Assembly (NCBI RefSeq): GCF_001949145.1 | Contig: NW_019091405.1 | Coordinates: 806,001 to 868,000, forward strand | Direction of reading: 5' to 3' | DNA length: 62,000 nt | Origin: Acanthaster planci | Lineage: Eukaryota | In this document: positions 12,501 through 24,500 of the stretch, piece by piece | How the letters are laid out: the number at the start of each line of letters is the position of its first letter | Numbering within the stretch: position 1 is the stretch's first letter | The notes under the pieces: model-generated | Databases searched by the model: none | Told to the model about the DNA's origin: nothing | What the model saw: only the letters and a program-made list of their open reading frames with translations | Made by a program: the position numbers and the translations under genes

Positions 12501-15500
12501 TGGTCAGCCAGTCAAGTTTGTGAAGAGTTAAATGTTCTTTTCCTGTCATTTAAAGATTGAATTCACTAGTAATGAAATGTATAAATTTACAGATATGGCC
12601 GTGTGAACTATGTCTTAGCACTTCGCTTGGAGTTACTCAAAGAGGTGGAGAGACTACAAAGAAGTCTAGGTGTCATTGGAGATGTTTCTTATACATGTGA
12701 GACTGCAGGCCACTTCTTCTTGTACCAGGTACTAGAACCTGTCTTCGAAAATGCAATTTTTTTAAAGAAAACATTCTCATATTGTTTTGCTCCTTCATTT
12801 TTATGAAAGACCCTAAGTTGTATCAGGTTTGTCAGCACTGAAAATGTTTTGCTCAGCTCTGGTTTTAACAGAATTTCCAATGAAGTTTTTGTGCTTTAAT
12901 TTTGTAGGAATAGATTGAAGTTCCAGATTCTTTGGATGGGTTGCCTTTTGTGGCTATGACAGTTAGTTTTGTGATGTCAGAATGTCTTTGGTGAAAACTC
13001 TGGTCACCTCTTAGGGCAGAGGTTGGAAACAAAAATGCTAAGACAATGGTTTTGTTTGATTGGCTTCATCCCCAGGTGGTTGCCAGATGGGAGAAGTTCT
13101 TGAGTAAGGTGAAGCCGAGCGCGGGAGGCAAGACTGGGAGTACCGAAGCCATCCAGGAACACTTTCCCTTCCACAAGTACTTTGAGAATGCTCCTCAGGT
13201 AGGCAACAAATGCTCAGTCCTCTCAAAAGATGTTTGTCTTCAGGAATACCAACATGGAGGGACTGCTGATATTTTTTGTGTAAATATTTACATTCTACGC
13301 TAATGATTGAGCAGCGTAGAGGATAGTCATGTACTTTGGTTCAACCAGCACAGATTTTCCAATTTCTGGCAAACTTATTGCTATGGTAAAATGGGAAAAA
13401 ATGCACATTTGATTTGGGAAAACCAAACAGTCTTATTCTGTGAGGTAAAAAATTATGCATTCCGGGTTAATGAAATTTCCTTTGCTGGAAAGGCCCCATA
13501 GAATGTATTACCTTTCAGCAACGACCATCTTGTGCTGGCTCGTTGATTTAAAGGAAGATGTGTCCAGAGTTTACTGGAGAAACTCTCCATCAGCAATGCA
13601 ATCCACTCAATAAGAAATTAAAATGAATTGAAACTTTTTTTACGACAGCCAGTCTTCAGGGGACGGACATTTGAAGAGGACATGGACATAGCAGAGGTAA
13701 GACAAGTGATTTTCAACTTTGATGAAATATCTGAACTGTGCTGTGATCAGTATCAGTGCTGTGATTTCAAGGGTTATGGCTGATTGATGTATTGACTTTC
13801 GATTCATTTCCAAATCAGTCTACCAGAGAGTGAAATGGGAATGATGTTCGCTTCGTGAATGTCATTTGCGAAATCAAATTCTGGGGAAAGAAAAAACAAG
13901 TTAGTTTGTCCAAAAACAGGTTCTGTGTATAAAAAGTGGTTTAAATGCACTGTGAAGTAGCACCTGGGATCCACATGTTTTGTGTGTGCTTCAGTGTAGA
14001 GGCCATAACTGGATTGAGACCAGAGAGTGATTTCTAGCACTGATACTGCAGTGTAGAGGTTTTGCATGGCGGTGGGCCACCTCTTTTTGTTTCTTTTGTG
14101 CATACCCTGTGGGAGAAGGGCACTGGTCTGCAAGATGTCAGCGATGCAAACCGTCTGTAACCACATCGTGCCGGGGTTCCTTGTACCGGAGGTCTTACGT
14201 TTGTACATATAGCCGGGGTGTCCAAAATTGGACAAAAGAGCTGGGCCTTGTAACAAAAGACCATACTCAGAACAAAAGACCGAGCTGTTGGGAATTGCCA
14301 TCATTTTTAAGCTGGCATTAGCGGAGGTAATCCGTCATTGTTTTGAAAAGTATACCACTGTTTGTGGCATTCAGTGCGGGTGACCACTTGGGACAAAAGC
14401 ACTCCAGCACTCCAGTGATGAGCTATACAATACCTCTGCACGCCAATCTGGCCGCATTTTAAAAGACGCTAGCATTGCACTGTGCCAGTTTCGGGAACTA
14501 AAGAAAATTATGCAACGCTGCACAATCTGGGCTGTCTTTACAAGGCGGCAAGCCTGGCTGAAATCCTTGGGCGTCAATGGAGGTTGCCTGTCAGATTAGA
14601 GTAACCACCAGACAGTCATTTGTGTGGGTATAAGTGTTCAGTAAATGAAGATATGAATTTTCAAAGAATTTTGAAAAAAAATAAAAAAAATGAAAGATCA
14701 CACGGCCCAGCAAAATAAACATAACTAAATGGGCCCTGCCTGAAGTGGATAAGCCTGTCCATTTTGCTATGATTATCACCTCTGTTTTCCATTGCAAACA
14801 TACTTGTCTTGACCACGACCTCCTTTTCAATTATTATTTCATTATTTTGTGGTCGTTTGTGGAAACAAAACAAAGTTTATTGTCATTTTTCAATTTTAGA
14901 ATACATTTTTCTGTCTCTTCGATCAAGAGAATCTTAGTTCCAAAACACTCCCGGTGATTCGTTTATTATTTCTACAGGGATGCTACCGGCATATTAAGAA
15001 GATTTTCCAGCAGCTTGAGGTATGTATTTCATGTCTTCTATAAATCCCTCTAGTCTGAGACCATCATTGCTAGCCAACATCTCTACTGCCCAATGAGAAA
15101 ATTGGATGTGACGAAAATGTTGTTATGCTGGCTCAGTTCACAAAAGCTGTGGTCCGTGGTTTTTACATAGGACAGTTATATGCACATATAAACAGACCGG
15201 TGCTTTGAGTGGTCTTGAGACAGACCAATAATAGGCCTCGTTACTGATGACATCTTTGTTTATGTGTATACATTTCTATGGAGTCAATGGGGGTAAAAAG
15301 ATACAGTGTTTGACTATGGCTTTGGTGAGAGTGGGTAAAGAGGAATATAAAGCTGAATTCATTGGATTTTATTTTGGCAGCATCTTCAGATCTGCTGTCT
15401 TCATTTTACCTTCCGCTTTTTGTAATGTGGGTTAATGCACTTGGTATTGTTCTGGAACAGAAGGGGCTGAATATATACACTCAATACACTTGCTGTTCAG

Positions 15501-18500
15501 GAGTTCCGTGCCTTTGAGTTGTTACGGAGTGGGCTGGATCGTTCCAAATATCTGATGATCAAGGAGGCGAAGATCATTGCCATGACCTGCACGCATGCCG
15601 CCCTCAAGAGGCACGACCTGGTCGACATCAATTTCCAGGTGAGGTTCTAAAACGTGAAGTGTCAGAGGGACTTGACACAGCAATAATTGGCCTTTCATAA
15701 AAGCTTGTTAACTCTTAGAAGAGATAAAGTGTTGACAGACGTAGACTTTAGTTGGCCTCTGATACAGGGCTGAATAAATACAAACCTACTCTACCATTCT
15801 TCTTCAACTTTCAAGGGGATTCAATCCCTGTGTTTTAGTTACAGGACTTGCTTGTTAACCACTTCCAGCCGGGGGCTCCGGGACCGGAGGCATAGGCCTT
15901 GTATTCATGGCCGAGGTCTCAGAAATTGGAACTTTACTAAAAAAAAAAAAAAAGTTGCTGGGCGTTTCTTAAAAAGTTTGGCGCTGTCAGTTAAAAAGTT
16001 TAGGCCATCATTGGAAGGTAAATAAATTGGTCCAAGGCAATAATGGGTTGCTGGGGCCAGAGAATTGGGACTTTATTTTATAGCCGGGGTGACGGAACTT
16101 ATCAAAGCCTGGAATAAAAGTACAAGCTGCTGAGAGCTGCCGGGCACTGCCAATCAATCCCTGTATTCTTTCAGCGCAGAGCGCTGCAATTAGCGGAGGT
16201 AATCCGTGTATTGTTTATTCAGAGCGCATTTGTTCGCGCTGCCGGGCGCTCGTAGCGGATTATCGCTGCCTGCACTGAAGACAAAGCGCGGGCTGTGCGG
16301 GCTCATTATGCACCTGTGCCCCATGAATGACCCAGCCCGGGTGCTGCTGGCCCTTGCCACGTTGACTGACAGGGCTCGGCCCTCCCTGCTTGAGAATAAA
16401 ATCGCCGTGCTGTGGCTACAAGTGTGCATATTGAGTATCGTGTTATCAGAGCACAGACAACATGGCTGAAGAGTCCAGTTCTTCCGGTGAAAGCGACTTT
16501 TATCTCAGTTCAGACGAAGGTTCTTCGTCTTCTTCATCACCGCCGTCACCTGCTCAAGTACAGTCAAGTACAGAAATTGACAGTGATGTACCCTTGGCTG
16601 TATATGCCAAGCGCAAGAGACAGTCCTGTACACAGACCGCCGCGTCGACCAGCAGCAGTGCTGCACCGTTCCGGTGGACAGATGAAGACAGTACACCGCT
16701 GAAGTACGGCTTCACCAGTAATGGTGGTGCCGTCGATCCCCGCCTGCATCGCAGCTCGACCTGCAGTGAAGCCTTTGAACTGTTTTTTGATGACGTTCTC
16801 TACAACAAGATAGTGCAAGAGACCAACCGGTATGCCGTGCAGAGGCCCGCTACGACATCGGCGCACATGCGATCTGAACACTGGAGAACTGAAGGCCTTT
16901 CTGGGCCTTTGCATAATGACGGGCATTGTGAAGCACCCCACCCTTCATAGCTTCTGGTCCACCGACCCACTACTGAAGATGAGCCTATTCCCATCCGTCA
17001 TGCCCCGAGATCGCTTCCTTGCCATCCTGCAGTCCTTGCACTTCAACGACAACACCGCCATGCCTGAGGACTTCGATGACCGCCTCTTCAAAGTGCACCC
17101 AGTCGTCGACCATCTTGCTCAGAAGTTTGCCACTGTCTACGTTCTCAACGGGACATTTCCGTCGACAACTCCCTGTTGAAGTTTTACAGGCATTTCCACT
17201 TCGCTACCTACAACCCCAGAAAGAGGGCCCGCTTCGGCATCAAGATGTACAAGTTGTGCCAGAGCACTGGGAGTGCCGCCGGGTACTGCTACAACTTCAA
17301 CATCTACACCGGCCAAAGTAAAGGAGACCTCCCAGCAACTACACAAGTGGTGATTGACCTGGTGAACGACCTAAGTGGCAAGGGCTACAACCTTGCCCTC
17401 GATCAGGCCTTCAGCAGTCCCGATTTGTTTCAACGACTTCACAACCAGAAGTTCAACGTCGTCGGCACCGTCATTGCGAATGGAAAAGGGATGCCGAAAG
17501 ACCTGCAGTCCGTCAAGCTGAAGTGGGGCGAAACAGCGTTCCGGTCAGCCGACCTGGGCGTCAGCGGTTCGCTCCTGGCCATGGTCTGGCGAGACGAGCG
17601 CAACATCCGTGTGCTCTCCACCATGCATACTGCAGACATCCATGGCTCTGGCAATCAAGACAGGACGGGGGAGGAAAAGCAGAAACCGACCTGCGTCATC
17701 GAATACAACGCCCTGATGGGGGCGCGACCAACTAGCAGCAAATCATCGAGCTACTCGTAAGTCCCTCAAGTGGTACAAGAAGCTCTTCTTCAACCTGCTC
17801 GACTTGACGCTGGTGAACAGCTACGCCGTGTACCTGGCCGTTGGTCACTGCCTCTCCTTCCTCGACTACCGCTTGAGTCTTGTCTGTGAGCTGCTGTTTG
17901 ACGAGCCCTTGCCCGAGTACCGCCCTTAGCACGATACTCCACCATTCACCAACTCCCGCTTTGTCGGCTGACACTTTCCCTTGGACTTTGAGAGGACCAG
18001 CTATGGCGACTTCCGCTACCGGCGGTGTGTCCTCTGCACTTCCTATGGTCAGCGAAAGAAGACACACTTCGAGTGCGACAGGTGCCACCAGCCCCTCTGC
18101 TTCGCCCCCTGCTTCAAGGAGTACCATACTGTCCACTAATTGACACTTTGAACATTTACTTTCATGGACATTTTCATGGACATTATGTTTTGTGTTTTTC
18201 ATGACTTGATGCCCCACTTATCTAGTGTAAAACAATATGTCATTTACTGGTAGTTTTAGGAGTTGTCATAGTTTCAACTTTTGAAAAAAATGACGGAAAA
18301 GACAAAGTTTCTGGAAAGTACTGCTCAGAGGATGTCGTATTTTCATCCTTTTCATTCCTTGCACCGATGTTAGGAGTTTGCTTATTCTTGCCTTTTGTTA
18401 TGAATTTTGCTTTTTATTTGATTAGAAAGAGTGGACATTTATTTTACTACTTTTATGAGTTCAACTGTTTCAATGAGAAATGAAAAGAAAAACAAGAGAA

Positions 18501-21500
18501 ATGACAAGAAGAAAATAAGAGAGAAAGAAGTTCTCTCCAAATATTTGTCTGTGTGTGTATTTCTATGTGTACTTGATTTTATTGGTTTCTAAGATTTTAC
18601 TTGAAATTGTTAGGGAAACAAAGTTTGGGAAGGGACATATCCATTTTGAACTAAAACTTACACTATGGGAGGGAAAATGAACAAGTCAGGAGATAAAATA
18701 TGAGAGTGGTTTGGGGGAGATATAAGTTTGGTAGATGGGAAAATATATAACAGAAAAAACCCCAATAGCTTAAAAAAATAGCAAAAGTTATATGCAGCAG
18801 TGCCGCAAAAAACCGTTACTTTTAGACCCCATTTTTTACAGCATGATTCATTTGTCCATCATTGCCCGCTCTCATTGAACAGTTGACAAAGCCCAGTGCA
18901 TGTGGGCACAGCTTCCCATTCACTCACCGCATATTACACGCTGAGATCTTGACCGTCAATCACTCTGCATAGCAACACGGCAGCATAGCAACGCACTGGG
19001 CCAAGGCCCGGAACAAACGAGCCCTTATGTAACACTACACAATGGGGGCTCTATACAGAGCGGGCGGCGTGGCCGCAAAACCGAAGGGTCAATGGAAGTT
19101 GTTTGTGAGGGCTAGACTCGCCACGGGACACCCATTTTATGGGGTTTAGGCGTTCAGAAAAAAAGATATGAATTGTTGAAGATTTTTGAAAAACCAAAAT
19201 GTGAAAAAATGGCCCGGCAGCGCATATAATGGTTAAAAAAAGCACCCGGCAGCAAGTTGTTAAAGACTCAAGTCCTGCAAAATCCTTTGAAACTTCCTGA
19301 TTGATTTTGAAAGATCTGGGAAGATTTGGTGGTTATCTTGTCTTTTCCTTTCTTTGTATTACAGGGTTGTGGTCTTTGTGGAATTTTGGATTTTTAGGGG
19401 TTTAATAATTCATGTTGTGTTACTTTTTGGAGAATACTCACATATTGTTAGCTTTTTTTAGCTAATAAACTGTGAGTATTCTGCAAATTGACTAAGAGAC
19501 AGTGCCTTGAAAAGTCTCTGTATTTTAATCTTATTTCAGCCCACGTGGTACATGTTTCATGGATTTCTCATCGGTCCCCAATTTCACCCCTAGCATCAAA
19601 AAGAAGTGTTCCTAGACAGTGAAATTCTTAGCCAAGAATTAGCTTCTTCCCCAGGCAGCATTACTAAGAATAAAACGTTTGACATTTTACTTTTTGCCGG
19701 TTGAAATGTGGATTTGTTTCTGCTCATTTCAGTATGACAACATCCTAATGGAGGAGTCAGCTCAGATTCTGGAGATAGAGACCTTCATCCCTCTACTCCT
19801 GCAGGTGGGTCACCTGTAAAAAGCGTTGCTGTACTCGGACAGTGCCTATCCCTTGTGTGCCATCCAGTGTTGTGTTCGAGTCCATCACAAGTCCTTCCAC
19901 AAGTCCCTTCACAAGTCCCTTTACAAGGCTATAGTCATAAGAAACAGGGTGAACGATGACAAAGGAATGCTTTTGTCACAGTTCATTTGAGTAGCTTGTG
20001 AATTGGCTTAAGACTGAATGACTTATGATGAACTTGTGATGAATTCAAATACAACACTGATGCCAATTTTACTTAAGTGTGGAGCCATGAATAAAAGAGG
20101 TCCACATAATGCAGGTTGTGTGAGCCTTGTGTGGTCTAAGCCCGGTCCCACAAGGTTTCTCTTTTCTGGAAAACTGTGTTAGATGCATGTTGAGGTGAGG
20201 GTTATTGTTGTAAAAGGAGGATGGCCAGTCAAGGTCACCAACAAAAATCCAGCTTCAAAGAGTGTTAGCATTGTGAGAAAATAAGTATTTCCACCAAGTG
20301 TTCTGAACTCCAGGAAAAAGAAGGAATGTCCTCACAAGATTTTATTCACTAGCTGCACAGGGGTACTTGAGTTCTCCGGATGTTTGTCTAGGTAGAAGAT
20401 GTAAGCATTTTGTACATGTATTGTCCTCCAACTCCACTAGATTTGGTGTTCTCTCCACTGCAAGGAATGCCCTGACCTGTCAAAAAGTCCTCAAGTTGTC
20501 GACTTTCATCCACTCACTTGAAACTTGTGGCAGTATCGGCTATGACTTTGCCAACCATATACATGAAATATGCCCCCCCCGTAGCAATCTGTTGGTTGTA
20601 CTCAACGGAAAGAAATGTATGATTTGTAGCACATTTTGAACACATTGCCGAGCAAGACATGCTGACACGTAGGTTCACATGGAGGTTACTCTTACCGTGT
20701 CATTGTTACACCTAAATTTCACCTCTAAAGTTTGGTCGTGTCGGAATCTTGTGTGTAGAGTTAGGTCTAAGTTTTCATTAGTTGAGAATATTCTGGCACT
20801 TGCTGACCGTAGGCAAAGCCGTAGCTCTGAAAGCCTGTGTTGGACAGAGCCCAAGTATGGGTTTTGGAGTACCCCGGCAGATGATTTTACATACACCCTA
20901 GGGGATGGGGTTAAAGGGTACTTCTGGTCCCTGTAAAAAGTGACAGAAGCTGTAACGACCGAAAACTTCGAGCCAACCAATGCCAGGAATCTTGGTCCGA
21001 CAGTTTTGTCAAAACAAGAGTGTTATTTTGTGCATTTGCAGAATCCAGAGGACGGTTTCAGTCGGTTGAAACGCTGGATCATGATTGGGGATCACCACCA
21101 GCTGCCACCTGTCATCAAGAATATGGCCTTCCAGAAGTACTCCAACATGGAGCAGTCGCTCTTCACACGGTTTGTCCGCCTTGGCGTGCCCACCGTGGAT
21201 CTGGATGCCCAGGGTAGAGCCAAGCCCAGGTAGGTCAGAGGTTATGGAGGTGCAAGGATGAAGTTCCACTGTCATGAAGGTGGAGAGACCTTCCAGTGGA
21301 CCTGGATGCTAAGCAGACATAGGTCAGAGGTCATTTTCGTCTGTAGCAGATTAAATGTATCCGAACAGTCAAGATGGACGCTCAGGGTAGAATAAGGCCC
21401 ATGTATGGTAGATGTCATGCAGGCTGTAATTGTTGGTCAAATGTGGCGTCTACAGTGGACCCTGTATGTCCATGGCAGAGCTGAGCCCTGTTAAGTGTCT

Positions 21501-24500
21501 GGTCGTTAGGGCATCTTTTTACTGTTTATCTTGCAAAGCTTCTTATCCTTAGGTTAATTTCTCAGGTTTTAAGAATCGGTTCTTTTTTTACGTCAGCAAA
21601 GCACTGTAATAACTTTGGAATTGCTCTGGTGCATCACCGTATTTCCCACGCAGCATTGCCACGCTGTACAATTGGCGCTATAAGAAGCTGGGTAACCTCC
21701 CTCATGTCCACCTGATGCGGGAGTTCCACATGACCAACCCCGGCTTCCAGTTTGACTTCCAGCTGATCAACGTTGAAGATTTCAATGGCGTCGGGGAATC
21801 AGAGCCCAATCCCTACTTCTACCAGGTGAGTCAAGACTTGATGAGTCTTGACAACCCTCCACTCAAATTGTTTGGAGGGACAGAAATTGGTTCATTTTAT
21901 GAAAATGTTGCATTTGGCTCTTTGTTCTGAGGCAAAAACTTGCTGAAATTTCTTTCTAAAGTAAGAAGTTAAAAGCTGTTACTGCAGTTTCAGCTTTCTC
22001 GTGGACAGTTTGTCAACAGGTGTTGCCTGTCTCTTCAACTAGTAGGGTGTTGCTGTTTGCCAAAGTTGCTCCTCGAAAACTATTCTGAGAAAAAGTTATT
22101 GCCACATACAGCCCCAAAAAACCCTCAAAAATTCTGCCAGTTTTTGGTGCACAAATCAATGCAATGTTGAGCTTGAGTACCTGGGATGAAACCACAGTTT
22201 TTGCTCGTAAATATGGAAATTGGCATTTTAATAATGTAAAAACCATAAAATAAAATAATTACATTGCATGGACCCGAGTAATGACATCTCCTCTGATCAT
22301 CCGCACCAGGCTGAAACATGAGAGGCGTGTGTCCACATAGCAATGACAGTCCTTTAGTGGGAACTCACCACCTGAACATGCAGGTTCATGCTAGGTCGGC
22401 ACAGGCCGCACACAGTAAGCAAGACCAATTGGTTTATTGGTCTGGTTTATTGTATGATCTGTGCGTGTGCACTGTGCATATGAACGAGCCCAGTTGGAAA
22501 CCTGCCAGCCTGGCTTTTCTTTGCCGGTGAGGGTGTACTTCAACTTGAGGCAGAGAGCTTTATTAACCTCGTGGGAGCAACCTTAGGGTCCATTAGACAT
22601 GATGGGCTATGAGTAATCTGACTTTCTGCTTAGAAATGACTCAAGAAAACCTCAACACAATCTTTATGGGTTCAACATGCAATTTAGTTGTGTTTGAGTG
22701 GGTCACTCATATGAGTTACACTAACGAGTCCACAGGCATCCTGAGTAATGGCACCGGAGTGAGTGATTATTTCTACAAGAAATCAGGGAATATTCATGTG
22801 CTTAGGAGTTAAAGACACCGTGTCACACCAAAATTCTGCCATGGTAGGCCTGGTCTGCATGGACCGGAGATGAGCCTATCAACTACCTCTGTCTCTCTTG
22901 CACAGCTGGATGGCGTGCAGGGTAGTTAAGACCGGTCCGTTCCTCAGGTGAACACTACAAAGTGAAAACAGTTCAATGTCGTGAAACCAAATTCACTTGA
23001 ATTAAATTTTGTTCAACCTCAGGAATTCGCAGTGTAAATATGTAATTCGACGTCATAAAAATTACACAAAGTGTTGACTGGCTTTTACACAGAGAATCCA
23101 TAAGAGGAGAAATGTGATGCTTACCACTTACAAACCTCATTTTTTGGCTCATGTTTCTTGTAGAACCTAGCTGAAGCTGAGTATGTGGTGGCAGTCTTCA
23201 TGTACATGAGGCTCCTGGGGTATCCGGCCGAGAAAATCAGCATATTGACAACGTACAATGGGCAGAAGCACCTGATCCGTGATGTCATCAATCAGCGGTG
23301 TGCCAGCAACCCTCTGATTGGCCAGCCCAGCAAGGTAGCGTAAAGAGAAATACAGCCAAGGTCAAGGAATCATGTTTATTCATGATCATTTCATAGGCCC
23401 AGGTATTCTTGCTAGCAACCTCCTGATCCTTCCAAAATTCTTTTCTGCAGGAAACCAGTGGCACATTCTTTGTACTTTAACCGTAAAAGGGTTTCACATT
23501 TGAAAATAACTTTTCCCATCGAAATGTGCTCGAGGCACACAGGCAGACACACGAGACAGCACGAACCACAAATCACCATGAAAACAAACCCCCATGCCAA
23601 ATTGAATTGAAACCTAGATAGATGTAGTCATAATGGATGTCTTTACATGACACATCACAAATGAGACCTCAAAGTTCTTGGGAGGAATCAGCAGCAAGAT
23701 AAGGATTGAGGTCTTCTTATGGATTCCCAGAGTAGTGTTGACCATTTTTTTCCCCTTATTATTCAGGTGACTACGGTGGATAGGTTTCAGGGCCAACAGA
23801 ATGACTACATCCTCCTGTCGTTGGTCAGAACGAGAGCTGTAGGTCACCTCAGGTTGGTATTCCATCACTTCATATTATTATCGCTCCACACAGACCAGGC
23901 TAGCATAAACAAGCCAGTGGAACGATCACTGGGTGTTTTTTGCACGGTAAGTCCAAGTAAAAAAGATACAACAGCACAGCGACACATTTTTGGTGAAAGG
24001 TTTTTATATAAATCCCTCATTTGTTTTTAAAATTGGTGAGTTTTTTTATTTTGGTCATTGTATATTTTAGGAGGGATGGGGGTTTCCGTTACTTGGCTTT
24101 GTCTGTCACCAGCTTTGCCTGATTTTTAATCCCTTGACTTTGAAGTTGTTAGCTCAATAAGTCGTTCAAATGTCAAACTGCGTATTTGATTTAATGCTAT
24201 AGCCAAAAGCAGGCTTTGATTTCAGAGATTAGCCTGAGATAGCGACGAAGCCAGGTATTTAAAAATCTCAAACAATGTCTAAAGGTTTAATAACAATGTC
24301 ATAAGTGAACTTGGCTGTTATTTTATTACTTTTCCCAGGGATGTTCGTCGCCTGGTTGTAGCCATGTCCCGTGCTCGCCTCGGCCTGTATGTCTTTGCCA
24401 GGGTTTCGCTTTTCCAGAACTGTTACGAGCTTTCTCCAACTTTCAACCTGGTGAGTAACCAGGAGTCTGTAAGACTCATGGAGTTTTTGCCTGCCATGAT

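Noticed and set aside
16462..18139. Domesticated, functional PGBD gene
   Set aside because: Multiple frameshifts, loss of the third catalytic Asp, and intact TIR/TSD mark it as a dead transposon copy.
17732..18217. 161-aa minus-strand ORF
   Set aside because: Antisense shadow of the piggyBac transposase.
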